A DNA stretch of 64,000 nucleotides, from positions 112,567-176,566 of the forward strand of contig CAWCKJ010000003.1 of the NCBI GenBank assembly GCA_963796105.1, read 5' to 3'. Positions 10,067 through 19,577 of this stretch are shown piece by piece. Source of the DNA: a candidate division FCPU426 bacterium. GTDB lineage: Bacteria; Oederibacteriota; Muellerivitia; Muellerivitales; Muellerivitaceae. The first letter of the stretch is position 1. Every line of letters starts with the position of its first letter. A model generated the notes under the pieces. The model had not been told where the DNA came from. It made no database searches and saw only the letters and a list, made by a program, of their open reading frames with translations. The translations under genes were made by a program, and so were the position numbers.

Positions 10067-11898
10067 ACCATTCCCGTTTTTTCCTCCTTGAGAGTCTCCT
10101 GACCCTCGGGCTTTTACTGGCAGTTCCGTCTTTTTTAACGGCGCAGAAAACGGACGCGGCCGCCGCCCCCGAGACGGAAACCATTCCCGCTGAACCGGCC
10201 TCCCTCTCACAGCCCGTGACGGCGCCGGCGGAGGGGATCCCGGGAAGCCAGGCCCCCGGCCCCGGACAAAAACCCTCCCAAGGGGAGGGGGAAAAAGCCC
10301 CTGCGCAAAGCCGCCCCACGGCGGTTCCCGAGTTCGCGCTGCCGGAGGTGGTGATTACGGGAGAGAACGAGCTGACCATCGGGGCGAACCGTTTGGACCG
10401 GAAAGAAAACGACGTGACACTGGGAACCAGGGACTTGACCGGGTTCGAGCGGACTTTCAACGACCTTCCCGGCTTGAACAAGACCTTGACCGCCCTTTCC
10501 ACCGAGGAGGCCGGCCCCTCCAAGAACACCGCGCTGGTCCTTCACTTGGGCGGAGGAATTCCTGACACTTACGGGGGATGGGGTCTTTTCGGCCAAGAAT
10601 TCAAGGGACTGCAGTACCTGCTTTCGGGCTATTACTCCAACTGGGGAGGCCAGTCCGCGGGAACGGGCCTCGACGGGGACCAGAAAGCCGGAGGGGAATT
10701 GGGATTCCAGATTTCCCCGAGGGGCTCTCCCGCGATCAAATTGACCGCGGGATACGACAGGGTGGACGCGGAACTGCCTTATCAGAATTCCATCCGGGAA
10801 CTGCATGAGGGCTGGAACTTCGGGGGAAGCCTGGATTGGAGGCTCACCAGCCTGTTCATGGGCCAGGTGAAAATTACCTACCGGGACATATCCTTGAACT
10901 GCTTAGAACCTCGTCCACTTCCCCTTCTTCAACTCCAAACCAACAGCACCGGGGAGCTGGAAGGCGCTTTTAAGATGACAGCCGACGATATCGGCCCTTT
11001 CCTGAGCCGGTTTGTCCTGGACGCGGGGGGCCGCCACGCTTCCTCCGATTTCCCGACCGCCTGGGAGACCAGCTATGACTGGGGCTGGGCTGGTTTCCAG
11101 GCCGATTTCAAGGCGGGAGAAACCCTGGATCTCGTCGCGAAACTTCAGGCCCAGGGAGGCGGTGGATTGGACCTGCCGTTGAACCTATATCCGGTGGCGG
11201 ACCTGAATTGGAGGGTCTTTGAGAGCAGCAAACTCGACCTCTACTGGAAAAGGGACCGCTACATCGACGGAATGAGCAATAATTTCCTGGGGACCGAGCA
11301 CATCAGCCTATGGGGAGGTTTCCCTTCTCCCACGGAAATAACCGACGAGTGGGGCGGACGCCTGACCCAAAAGCTCAACGAGAGGTTCATCCTTTCATTG
11401 GCAGCCTCCACAGCCCTGATCAACGGATACCATGAGTGGTCGGATCTCAAACCTGGAAACCCGGATTACATCCAAACCTATTCCACGCTTAATCAGGTCC
11501 GGATTCAAAGGGCGGGGCTCGATATCCAATGGAATTTCGCCAAGGATTACCAGGCCGCGGCTGCCTTTCAATGGACCGGATCCGAAAACACCGGGGGGGA
11601 CGGGAAGAACCTGACGAACCTGCCGGCCGGCAAGGGGGTCCTCTCCATTTACCGCGGAAACGAGAAATTGGAGGCGAGGATGGAATTGGAACTTGCGTCC
11701 AGCCGCAACGCCTATGACACGGGGAGCGCGATCCTGCCGGCCTACGCGGCATTGAACCTGGACGCGGCCTACCATTGGACCAAGACCTTCTCCCTCTGGT
11801 TGAAAGGCGACAATTTAACGGGAACGGACTATGAGCTTCAGCCTGGATATTCCGAGCCCCAGTACCATCTCCGCGGAGGGGTGGAAATCATCTTCTGA
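10063..11898 (+). CDS. outer-membrane beta-barrel protein, TonB-dependent-receptor-like
   Basis: Signal peptide MNHSRFFLLESLLTLGLLLAVPSFLTAQ. Disordered Pro/Ala-rich N-terminal region. A plug-like LPEVVITGE segment. Body of alternating beta-strand character with C-terminal ..GGVEIIF (terminal Phe). Its first codons overlap the upstream TPR gene by 4 nt. Confidence 0.5.
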   Translation: MNHSRFFLLESLLTLGLLLAVPSFLTAQKTDAAAAPETETIPAEPASLSQPVTAPAEGIPGSQAPGPGQKPSQGEGEKAPAQSRPTAVPEFALPEVVITGENELTIGANRLDRKENDVTLGTRDLTGFERTFNDLPGLNKTLTALSTEEAGPSKNTALVLHLGGGIPDTYGGWGLFGQEFKGLQYLLSGYYSNWGGQSAGTGLDGDQKAGGELGFQISPRGSPAIKLTAGYDRVDAELPYQNSIRELHEGWNFGGSLDWRLTSLFMGQVKITYRDISLNCLEPRPLPLLQLQTNSTGELEGAFKMTADDIGPFLSRFVLDAGGRHASSDFPTAWETSYDWGWAGFQADFKAGETLDLVAKLQAQGGGGLDLPLNLYPVADLNWRVFESSKLDLYWKRDRYIDGMSNNFLGTEHISLWGGFPSPTEITDEWGGRLTQKLNERFILSLAASTALINGYHEWSDLKPGNPDYIQTYSTLNQVRIQRAGLDIQWNFAKDYQAAAAFQWTGSENTGGDGKNLTNLPAGKGVLSIYRGNEKLEARMELELASSRNAYDTGSAILPAYAALNLDAAYHWTKTFSLWLKGDNLTGTDYELQPGYSEPQYHLRGGVEIIF

Positions 11899-11952
11899 GT
11901 TTATCGAGCCTGATTTGAAAAAAAGAGAACGGCTGGGTGTAAGGTCCGACTT

Positions 11953-12312
11953 TTAAGGGACTGCCGTGACGGGGGATTTGGCCTCGGTACCTTCAGTGGG
12001 GAGTCCCGCTTCCGACCATTCCAGGATGCCTCCGGGATAGTTCTCCGCCTGCATGCCTTGCTCCTTCAATACCACGGCAGCGTTGTGGCTCGACAGGGAA
12101 TCCGACCGGCTGGCGCCGTAGGTGATGAAGAACCTTCCCTTGCCGTATTTTTTCTCAACGGCCAGCACGAAGCTCCGGACATTCTGCCCGAAGGCGATGA
12201 AGTCCGATCCCTTGATGTGGAGTTTCTCAAAATCGCTTTTGGGAAGGACGCCCAACAGCACCGTGTTGGCGTTTTTGAGTTTTTTTAAAACTGTTTCCTT
12301 CGACATGGCCAT
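11953..12312 (-). CDS. rhodanese-homology-domain protein lacking the catalytic cysteine
   Basis: Single rhodanese-like fold (..FFITYGASRSDS..AAVVLKEQG..NYPGGILEWSEAGLP). The position of the active-site Cys (CxxGxR loop) reads YGASRS, i.e. Cys is replaced by Gly. Confidence 0.55.
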   Translation of the reverse strand: MAMSKETVLKKLKNANTVLLGVLPKSDFEKLHIKGSDFIAFGQNVRSFVLAVEKKYGKGRFFITYGASRSDSLSSHNAAVVLKEQGMQAENYPGGILEWSEAGLPTEGTEAKSPVTAVP

Positions 12313-12560
12313 GCTCCGCCTCTTTCCCCAACCCTCACCCCAATGATTCTAGACCTTTGCGGGGAAATTAGCAGAAGAAAGAGAAAATAAATATGCGTGT
12401 CGGGCGGGCCAATAGGCCGGGTTTTCCCGATTTGAGCCGGAGGGATCCAACCCGGTCCAGGGTACGGAGGGGTCAGGTTTACCCTGGAGCGTTATGCGGT
12501 GGTTGTGCTACCCTTGACGGGTTGGTATAGGCCTTTCGTTTTAATTTCCGGGAGGGTTCA

Positions 12561-13175
12561 ATGGCGCAAGATTTTTCTCTTTTCGAGGTGATCTCAAAGG
12601 GCGGGTGGACCATCGGCTTTTTGTTCCTCATGTCGATCGTGGTGTTCGCCGTTCTTTTCGAGAGGCTGAGCTTTTACCGCAAAAACCTGAGGGGGCGCGA
12701 GGAGGTCCTGGCGGGCCTGGAATCCTTCCTCAACAAGGGCAACCTTCACGAGAGCCTCGAAGCCTGCGACCGGGACGGGACATTCCTGGCCAAGGTGGTC
12801 CAGGCGGGATTGAGGGCGAAACTGGAGAAGACAGGGCCCTCGGAATGCATGGAACGGGAGGCCAAGATACAGCTTTTAAGGCTGGAAAAACGCCTGCCCC
12901 TCCTGGCGACCATCGGAAGCACCGCCCCCTTCGTGGGATTGTTCGGGACCGTCCTGGGAATCATCAGGGCCTTCCGCGATTTGGCCGCCGCCAACAGCGG
13001 GGGAGCCGCGGTGGTGTCCCAAGGGATCGCCGAGGCCCTGGTGGCCACGGCCTCCGGACTCTTCGTGGCCATCACCGCCGTGTTCATCTATAACTGGTTC
13101 CAAAGCAAGATCAACGCCATGGCGCTGGAGGCGGAAATCGTGGTCTCGGAAATAGCCGAAAGGCTGGGGGCCTGA
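12561..13175 (+). CDS. MotA/TolQ/ExbB proton-channel family protein
   Basis: Three-TM topology with the conserved C-terminal block LATIGSTAPFVGLFGTVLGII..F typical of ExbB/TolQ. Confidence 0.8.
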   Translation: MAQDFSLFEVISKGGWTIGFLFLMSIVVFAVLFERLSFYRKNLRGREEVLAGLESFLNKGNLHESLEACDRDGTFLAKVVQAGLRAKLEKTGPSECMEREAKIQLLRLEKRLPLLATIGSTAPFVGLFGTVLGIIRAFRDLAAANSGGAAVVSQGIAEALVATASGLFVAITAVFIYNWFQSKINAMALEAEIVVSEIAERLGA

Positions 13176-13178
13176 GAC

Positions 13179-13655
13179 ATGGAATCCCGCCTCAGGCCCA
13201 AGGCCAAGCTGATGTCCGAGATCAACATGGTGCCTTTCACCGACGTGGTTCTGGTTTTGCTGGTGATCTTCATGGTCACCACCCCTTTCCTGTTCCAAGG
13301 CGCCTTCCAGGTGAAGCTTCCCAAAGTGGCGGCGCCTTCCCCGAATCTGCCTGAAACCTTCACCATCACGATCGCCCAGGGGGACAAGGTTTACGTCAAC
13401 GACAAGGAAACCAGCATGGACGACCTCCAGGGCAAGTTGAAGGATTTGATCGCCCGGAAACCCGGATCCCTGGTCATGATTAACGCCGACAAAAACGTGT
13501 CCCACGGGACGGTCATGGGCGTCATGTCGGAGGCTTACCAGGCTGGAATCACAAAGGTGGGGGTGGCTGTCGAGATCGCGAATAACCCGGGGGCGCCCGT
13601 TACCGCGGGTATTCCACCAGCCAATAGGGCCCAAGCCCCCGTATCCGTGAAGTAA
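13179..13655 (+). CDS. ExbD/TolR biopolymer transport protein
   Basis: N-terminal INMVPFTDVVLVLLVIFMVTTPF single TM helix followed by a periplasmic domain. Directly downstream of the exbB-like gene. Confidence 0.8.
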   Translation: MESRLRPKAKLMSEINMVPFTDVVLVLLVIFMVTTPFLFQGAFQVKLPKVAAPSPNLPETFTITIAQGDKVYVNDKETSMDDLQGKLKDLIARKPGSLVMINADKNVSHGTVMGVMSEAYQAGITKVGVAVEIANNPGAPVTAGIPPANRAQAPVSVK

Positions 13656-13704
13656 CAGCTGTTCAATCAGCCGGGAACCGGCTTGATTTCATGAGGAATG
13701 ACAG

Positions 13705-14481
13705 ATGGACCGTGAGTTTCAAAAATCCATTTTTTACTCGGCCCTGTTCCACGCGCTTCTCTTCCTGATTTTTTTCCTGTTGTACCGTTCCTTCATCCTG
13801 GTGCGCACGCCCCTGCTGATGGACCTGACCCTGATCGGGGAAATGTCGCAAGGCCAGGGCATGGGATCGCCGGCGCCCCACGCGGGAGCGGAACCAGGCC
13901 AAATGCCGCCGGCCCAAACCGCCGGTGAATTCTCGACCCCCCGGAAGGAAGCGGCGAAACCCCCGGTCCCGAATCACGAAAAACCCGAAGCCGCGGTTAA
14001 AAAGCCCTCGAAACCCAAGCTTCATTCCGGGAACGCCAGCTCCGAATCCTACCTTGAAAGTTTGGAAAAGAAAGCCCCCATCGGGTTCAACATCAAAAAA
14101 GACGTCACTGGCGATATCAAGACCACCGCCGGTTTGGGCCAGGCAGGCGTGGCGGGGACTCCCGAAGGGAACCCCCAAATCGAGGGGGAACTGGCGGCCA
14201 GGAGCATCAAGCGCAGGGTGAATCCGGCCTACCCGGATTGGGCCAAAAAGCAGGGGATTGAGGCCACTGTGCGGTTCCATTTGACGGTGATGCCCAACGG
14301 TTTGTTGAAGGATGAACTGGATCTCGAGCAGACCTCGGGTTACCGCGAACTCGACCGAGTGGTGTACGAGGCCCTGATCCAATGGGAATTCGAGCCCCTG
14401 CCGCCGGAATTGCCCCAGGTGGACCAGTCCGGAATCATCACCTTCACATTCAGCCTCAATAACGCCTCCTCCTTCCCATGA
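13705..14481 (+). CDS. TonB/TolA-like energy transducer
   Basis: N-terminal TM anchor, a long Pro/Lys/Glu-rich spacer, and a C-terminal TonB-type domain (..RRVNPAYPDWAKKQGIEATVRFHLTVMPNG..). Confidence 0.7.
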   Translation: MDREFQKSIFYSALFHALLFLIFFLLYRSFILVRTPLLMDLTLIGEMSQGQGMGSPAPHAGAEPGQMPPAQTAGEFSTPRKEAAKPPVPNHEKPEAAVKKPSKPKLHSGNASSESYLESLEKKAPIGFNIKKDVTGDIKTTAGLGQAGVAGTPEGNPQIEGELAARSIKRRVNPAYPDWAKKQGIEATVRFHLTVMPNGLLKDELDLEQTSGYRELDRVVYEALIQWEFEPLPPELPQVDQSGIITFTFSLNNASSFP

Positions 14482-16583
14482 TTTATTTTTTGCTCGCGGG
14501 CGGGGCCCTTTTTTGGACCGGGTTGGCCCTGACCGCCTCGGCCCCGGGCATCGTTGGCGGGGACGCCCCGGAGTTGACCAGCGCGGCCTTCCATTTGGGC
14601 TCGGCCCACGCGCCAGGCTACCCCCTCTACGTGGCCCTGGTGAGGATCTTCCTTCAGATGCCTCTCGGGACCCCCGCTTTTCGATCCACCTTTTTTTCCA
14701 TCTTGGTCCAGGGCGCAGCTTTCGTCATTCTAGCCCATGCCCTCAAGAACCTGCCAGGAAGCCGGCTGAGGGAAGGAGAAAGATGGGGCCTGGCGTTCCT
14801 GATATCCTGCCTGGTCATGTCAGGCCCACTGGTTTTCCACCAGTTCCTAAGTCCCGAGGTGTTCGCTCTCCACTTTTTTTTCATCGCCCTATTCCTGCTC
14901 CTGGTTTTCAAAAAGGATTCACTCGGTTTTCTGGCCACCGCTTTTGTTTCGGGCGCGGCCCTCACCCACCAGCATTTGGCCCTGCTGGTTCTCCCGGCCT
15001 TATTGTGGAATTACCGCTCCTTCCTTGGAAGACCCAAGACCCTTCTTTACGGGATTTCGTTATTCCTGTTGGGACTATCGGTTTACCTTCTTCTCCCCCT
15101 GCGGGCTGTCCAGCATCCATTGGCAAATTGGGGGCATCCGGATAATTTCCGACAATTTCTCTACCATCTGGGAAGGACCCAATACGGCGGAGACATTACC
15201 GGCGGAAAATTCATGAACGGCCTCCAGCTTCTTTGGCTCTATCTCAAGGATTATTTCCGTGAAATATTGGGATTGGGACTGCCCCTGGTTCTACTAGGTC
15301 TCTGGATAGGTTACCGTAGATTTAGTGTTGCCTATTGGATCGGGTTCTCAACCCAATTCCTGTTGCTTCCTTTCCTGATCCGGGCCCCGAATGATCCTGA
15401 GAATAATTTCGTCAACGGGGCTTTCCTCACCCCCGCCATTCTTTGGTTTTCCCCGCTCCTGTTCCTGGGATTGGAATGGGCCTATGAAAAGGCGGGGAAG
15501 TTCCGTTTTTGGGCGACAGCCCTTGTGGCCTTGCAGGTCCTCATCGGCGCCGGCATCACCTTCGGCGAGAAGGATTCCTCCAGGAATCTCGCGGTGGAGG
15601 ACGTCGGGAGGGATATTTTCAGGCAGATGCCGAGACGGTCTGTTCTCTACAGCGAGGGCGACGCCGTGACCTTTTCCCTGGCTTATTTAAACCTGGTCTT
15701 GGGCCTCAGGCCCGACCTGGATCTTTTCGACCGGACGGGGGGGCTTTTCAAGGATCTGTACCAGCTTCTGGATTACCGGGGGAGTCCAAGCGTCACTTTG
15801 GATTACCTGGTCGGCAAGGAAAGGGCTTACGAGTCGATTCGGCAACCCGTGGACATCTATTACAGCGAATCCACCTATTCACCAGGCAGGGCCCTGACGA
15901 TGACCGGTTTGCTTTTCAAGGTCACGGAGGGGAATATGGGTTTGGGCCCGATGGACCTTTGGAACGGCTTCCGGCCTCCCCGGATAGAAAGGCGCCATGA
16001 TTATTTCTCGAGGGAAACAGGGGCAAGGTACTTTCTTTTCAAAGCATCCTGGGACCTGGACCAGGCCAAGAACCAGGCTTATTATCAGGCGGACATGGAC
16101 CGGCTCGGGGAACTGACCTTCGATAATTACAGGCTTCTCGTGAACGAGGGATTAGTCGAGAGCGGCCACGGTAGGACGGACCAGGCGGTGCTGGACTATG
16201 AGAAGGCCATCGAGATCACGCCGGATGCCTCCCTGGCCTGGGTTGACCTGGGCATTGTCGCACACAAACAGGGGCGCGTCGCGGATGCGGTGAGGTACTA
16301 CCGAAAAGCCGTGGCCCTGGAGCCCTATAACGCTGTCTACCACATCCACTTGGGTTACGAGTATTACCAAAACGGACAAGCCCAGGAGGCCATCGGGGAA
16401 TGGGAAACAACCAGGAGGATTGATCCCTCGAACCCCGAGGCCTATCACAACCTGGGCCTCATTTACATGAAGACCAATCCGGAATACGCCGCCCAGATGA
16501 TCCGGCAATTCCTGGGTATATATCCGGGTGCGGGGGACCGACCTGCACTTGAGAAATGGCTCGCGGCTCAGCCCGCCCAGTAG
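14478..16583 (+). CDS. DUF2723-like polytopic membrane protein (putative GT-C glycosyltransferase) with C-terminal TPR repeats
   Basis: N-terminal motif GGDAPELTSAAFHLGSAHAPGYPLY matches the DUF2723 signature. About 10 TM helices, then TPR repeats. Overlaps the tonB-like gene by 4 nt. Confidence 0.6.
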   Translation: MIYFLLAGGALFWTGLALTASAPGIVGGDAPELTSAAFHLGSAHAPGYPLYVALVRIFLQMPLGTPAFRSTFFSILVQGAAFVILAHALKNLPGSRLREGERWGLAFLISCLVMSGPLVFHQFLSPEVFALHFFFIALFLLLVFKKDSLGFLATAFVSGAALTHQHLALLVLPALLWNYRSFLGRPKTLLYGISLFLLGLSVYLLLPLRAVQHPLANWGHPDNFRQFLYHLGRTQYGGDITGGKFMNGLQLLWLYLKDYFREILGLGLPLVLLGLWIGYRRFSVAYWIGFSTQFLLLPFLIRAPNDPENNFVNGAFLTPAILWFSPLLFLGLEWAYEKAGKFRFWATALVALQVLIGAGITFGEKDSSRNLAVEDVGRDIFRQMPRRSVLYSEGDAVTFSLAYLNLVLGLRPDLDLFDRTGGLFKDLYQLLDYRGSPSVTLDYLVGKERAYESIRQPVDIYYSESTYSPGRALTMTGLLFKVTEGNMGLGPMDLWNGFRPPRIERRHDYFSRETGARYFLFKASWDLDQAKNQAYYQADMDRLGELTFDNYRLLVNEGLVESGHGRTDQAVLDYEKAIEITPDASLAWVDLGIVAHKQGRVADAVRYYRKAVALEPYNAVYHIHLGYEYYQNGQAQEAIGEWETTRRIDPSNPEAYHNLGLIYMKTNPEYAAQMIRQFLGIYPGAGDRPALEKWLAAQPAQ

Positions 16584-16729
16584 CTCATCGACCCCGGCGG
16601 ATGCCGCGCTTAACCCCAGCGATTCCACCTGAATCCGCTTTTCATAAGGCGCCATTGATTTCCGGCAATGGCCGCTTTAATCCTTGTTCTGTGTTAAAAT
16701 AACCGCCTTCATCACAATTAAGGAACGAC

Positions 16730-17668
16730 ATGGCCCGGATCGCAGCGGTTTTCCCCAATGAAGGATCTCAATACGTGGGCATGGGCAAGGATTTTTACGC
16801 GAAATCCCTGACCGTGCGCAAATACTACGACGACACGGAGAAACTCCTGAGCTCGAAGATTGCGAAGGTTTGCTTCCTGGGGCCCAAGGAGGAACAGGAC
16901 AAGATCCTGAACGCCCACCTGGCCACCTTCGTGAATGAAGTGGCTTTTTTTGAGCCTATCGTGCAAAACCGCAGGAAACCCGAGCTTTTAACCGGTGTGG
17001 GCGTGGGGGAAGTGGCGGGCCTGGTTCTGGGGGAATGCCTGCCCTTCATTAATGCCCTTCAGTTTGTGGTCAAGAGGATCCCGCTTTTGGAGGTTTTCGC
17101 TGCGAAACACGGCGGCGGCTCCATTTCCATCATGGGAATCACCCTGGAACAGCTCCAACCTCTTTTGGCCCGGGAGGAGGGGGAAATCACCATCACGCAT
17201 TATCTCGCCCCGGATACTTTCATCGTATGGGGGCCCAAGGATGCCGTAGGCTCCCTCCAGGCTGAATTGCAGGGGGTAAAGGGTCTCAAGACCAATCCAC
17301 AGCCTTCCAGGGGTCCGCTCTTTACCCCTCTTGCCTCTGAGCTTGAAGCCGGCTTGGGGAAACTGCTGGAGGAGTGCCTGGGTGACGTGAAGCTGAAGAA
17401 TCCCAAAATCGCCTTCGTGTCCTGCGGGGACGGGGAAAGGATCGGAACCCCGGAAAACGTAAGGGATGTCCTGGTCAAGCAATATTCAAGGCCGGTCCAA
17501 TGGGTCCAAACGGTAAAAGCCGTCATTTTCCAAGGGTTTCGGAGCTGGGTGGAGGTGGGCCCGGGCCGGACCTATGTCTCCATGGTGAAGAAAATCGACG
17601 TGGATACCCGCATCACCAACGTGGAGGATATGAAGAGCCTATCCCTCATGGTGAAGTTGACGGGATAA
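16730..17668 (+). CDS. FabD-like (malonyl-CoA:ACP transacylase fold) protein with degenerate active site
   Basis: Collinear with E. coli FabD (AAVFPNEGSQYVGMG ~ AFVFPGQGSQTVGM; ..VQWVQTV..VEVGPG ~ ..VQWTKSV..YEVGPG). The GHSLGE nucleophile motif reads GVGVGE, so Ser92 and His91 are lost. The His201 position reads Thr. Gln11 reads Glu. Confidence 0.65.
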   Translation: MARIAAVFPNEGSQYVGMGKDFYAKSLTVRKYYDDTEKLLSSKIAKVCFLGPKEEQDKILNAHLATFVNEVAFFEPIVQNRRKPELLTGVGVGEVAGLVLGECLPFINALQFVVKRIPLLEVFAAKHGGGSISIMGITLEQLQPLLAREEGEITITHYLAPDTFIVWGPKDAVGSLQAELQGVKGLKTNPQPSRGPLFTPLASELEAGLGKLLEECLGDVKLKNPKIAFVSCGDGERIGTPENVRDVLVKQYSRPVQWVQTVKAVIFQGFRSWVEVGPGRTYVSMVKKIDVDTRITNVEDMKSLSLMVKLTG

Positions 17669-17673
17669 CGAAA

Positions 17674-18150
17674 ATGAAATTATTAGCGGGACTCATCCTA
17701 CTCTTCTCCTCCGCCCTCGCGGTTTACGGGAAAGACAACACTGACCTGGCCGCCCAGAACCAAATGGGAAACCAGATCAACCTTCCCTCGATGATTACCA
17801 GCCCGACGGAAACGCCCACTCCGGTGGTTCATAGGACTCCCGTGGTCACGAAACCCGGAATCAGCGTCATTCCTAACCCCGCCCGAGGAAAAAAATTGTC
17901 TTTCCGGATCATGGCCCCTTCCCTGAGCAAGGCCTATATCCGCGTTTACGACCGCAATTTCGACCCCGTGACTGTTTTGGTGCAGGAAGGGGAGCAGCTT
18001 TTCGACGTGATGTGGAACCTCCAAAAGGTGCCGGAAGGCCCCTACTATTACCAGGCCCAGCTGGATGAGAAGCGCGGCGGCAAGGTCACCAAATTCCAGA
18101 TGCAAAAATTCGCCGTGATCAAAGACGAGGATCCGGAGGAAAAACCATGA
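17674..18150 (+). CDS. small secreted protein with FlgD-Ig / T9SS-type C-terminal beta-sandwich domain
   Basis: Start taken at the internal Met (MKLLAGLILLFSSALAVYG signal peptide); the listed ORF 17500.. overlaps the fabD-like gene. C-terminal PNP..IRVYDRNFDPVTVL..W..VPEGPYYYQAQL..K..KFAVIK pattern. Confidence 0.55.
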   Translation: MKLLAGLILLFSSALAVYGKDNTDLAAQNQMGNQINLPSMITSPTETPTPVVHRTPVVTKPGISVIPNPARGKKLSFRIMAPSLSKAYIRVYDRNFDPVTVLVQEGEQLFDVMWNLQKVPEGPYYYQAQLDEKRGGKVTKFQMQKFAVIKDEDPEEKP

Positions 18151-19577
18151 CCCTTCCCGAGGTCCTGATCGTTGGACGGCCCAATGTTGGAAAATCCACC
18201 CTTTTCAACCGTTTGATCGGCAGAAACATCGCCCTGGTGGACGGACAGCCCGGGTCCACCCGCGACCTGAAGAGCATGGAGGCTGAGTGGAACGGTACGT
18301 CCTTCCTTTTGACCGATTCCGGAGGTTGGGTCCCGGGAGAGAAGGAATCCATCGCGGCGAAAGTGGGGGCCATGCTGGAGATTAAAATCCGCCAGGCCAC
18401 GGCCCTCTTGCTGGTGGTGGACGGCTCGGAGGGATTGACCCAGCCGGATGAAATCATCGTGCGGCACCTGAGAGAACTCAACCTTCCGACATGGCTGCTG
18501 GTCAATAAGGCCGACCAATTCGAGAAGTGGGACGAGACCCTTTCGGATTTCAGGCGTTTGGGATTCGAGAATTGTTTCCCCCTTTCCGCTTCCCATGGTA
18601 TTGGACTCGACGATTTCCTTGACAGCCTGGTGGATTTCCTGAAACGGGAAAATTTACCTGAAAAGGACGAAAAGGAAGAGAAAAAGCCCCTCAAACTCGC
18701 CTTCCTAGGGAAACCCAATGTCGGCAAATCCTCCCTGGTGAACGCACTCTTGGGTGAGAATAAACTGCTCGTGGACGACCTGCCAGGAACGACCCATGAC
18801 GCGATTCCCCTCATCCTGGAAGTCGGGAACGACCCCCTGGTCCTAGTGGATACCGCGGGAATCAGGGCCACCCAAAGGCAGGACAGCCGCATCGAGGAAC
18901 TCAGCGTCCAACAGACGCTTTATGAGCTTCAAACCTGCCAGGTGGCGCTGTTTCTCCTGGATGGGGAAAAGGGGATCACCCACCAGGACGTCTCCATCGC
19001 CCGGATCCTCCAGCAGGCTTTCCGCCCCGTGGTCATCCTGATCAACAAATGGGACATCCACCCCAAGGGAGCGGAACAGGCCAGGGCCGAGAGAATCACC
19101 CACAGGGAGCTGAGGACGATCCAATTCGCCCCCATCCTTTTCATCTCGGCGAAAAACGGACAAGGATTGGACAGGATCCTGCCCTTGGCCTCCGCCGTAT
19201 ATGAGGAAAGCCTCAAGAAAGTACCCACGGCCCAGGTCAACAACGCCTTCCAGGACGCGGTGGCCAAGCAACAGCCGCCCTTCAAGAAGGGAAACCAGGT
19301 GAGGTTCTTTTACGGGTACCAGCGCCAGGGACATCCCCCAGCTTTCGAGGTTTTCGTGAGCCATCCGGAGAGTATCACTCCCTCCTACCTCCGCTATCTG
19401 GAGGTGGAACTGCGCAAGTCGGTGGGAATGGAATCGACTCCCTTGCAGATCGTTTTGAAGGCGAAAAGCGACAAGCACGGTTTCAAGAAACCTTCCTACA
19501 AAAGGAATTTCGACCCGAATGTCTCCCGCAGGAAAAAAAGGCTCGCGGGAGAAAGGAAAAAAAAGGAAAAACGATGA
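18147..19577 (+). CDS. der: ribosome-biogenesis GTPase Der (EngA)
   Basis: Two tandem GTPase domains with P-loops GRPNVGKST and GKPNVGKSS, a KH-like C-terminal domain, and a Lys/Arg-rich tail. Confidence 0.9.
   Translation: MTLPEVLIVGRPNVGKSTLFNRLIGRNIALVDGQPGSTRDLKSMEAEWNGTSFLLTDSGGWVPGEKESIAAKVGAMLEIKIRQATALLLVVDGSEGLTQPDEIIVRHLRELNLPTWLLVNKADQFEKWDETLSDFRRLGFENCFPLSASHGIGLDDFLDSLVDFLKRENLPEKDEKEEKKPLKLAFLGKPNVGKSSLVNALLGENKLLVDDLPGTTHDAIPLILEVGNDPLVLVDTAGIRATQRQDSRIEELSVQQTLYELQTCQVALFLLDGEKGITHQDVSIARILQQAFRPVVILINKWDIHPKGAEQARAERITHRELRTIQFAPILFISAKNGQGLDRILPLASAVYEESLKKVPTAQVNNAFQDAVAKQQPPFKKGNQVRFFYGYQRQGHPPAFEVFVSHPESITPSYLRYLEVELRKSVGMESTPLQIVLKAKSDKHGFKKPSYKRNFDPNVSRRKKRLAGERKKKEKR

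Noticed and set aside
16600-16690. Hairpin GCCATTG-N8-CAATGGC after the DUF2723-TPR gene as a terminator
   Set aside because: The 7-bp stem has only a weak TTT tail. The evidence is insufficient to annotate it.
17500-17673. Upstream extension of the small secreted protein ORF overlapping the fabD-like gene
   Set aside because: The Gly/Pro-rich translation looks non-protein-like and overlaps the fabD-like C-terminus. The internal Met at 17674 gives a signal peptide.
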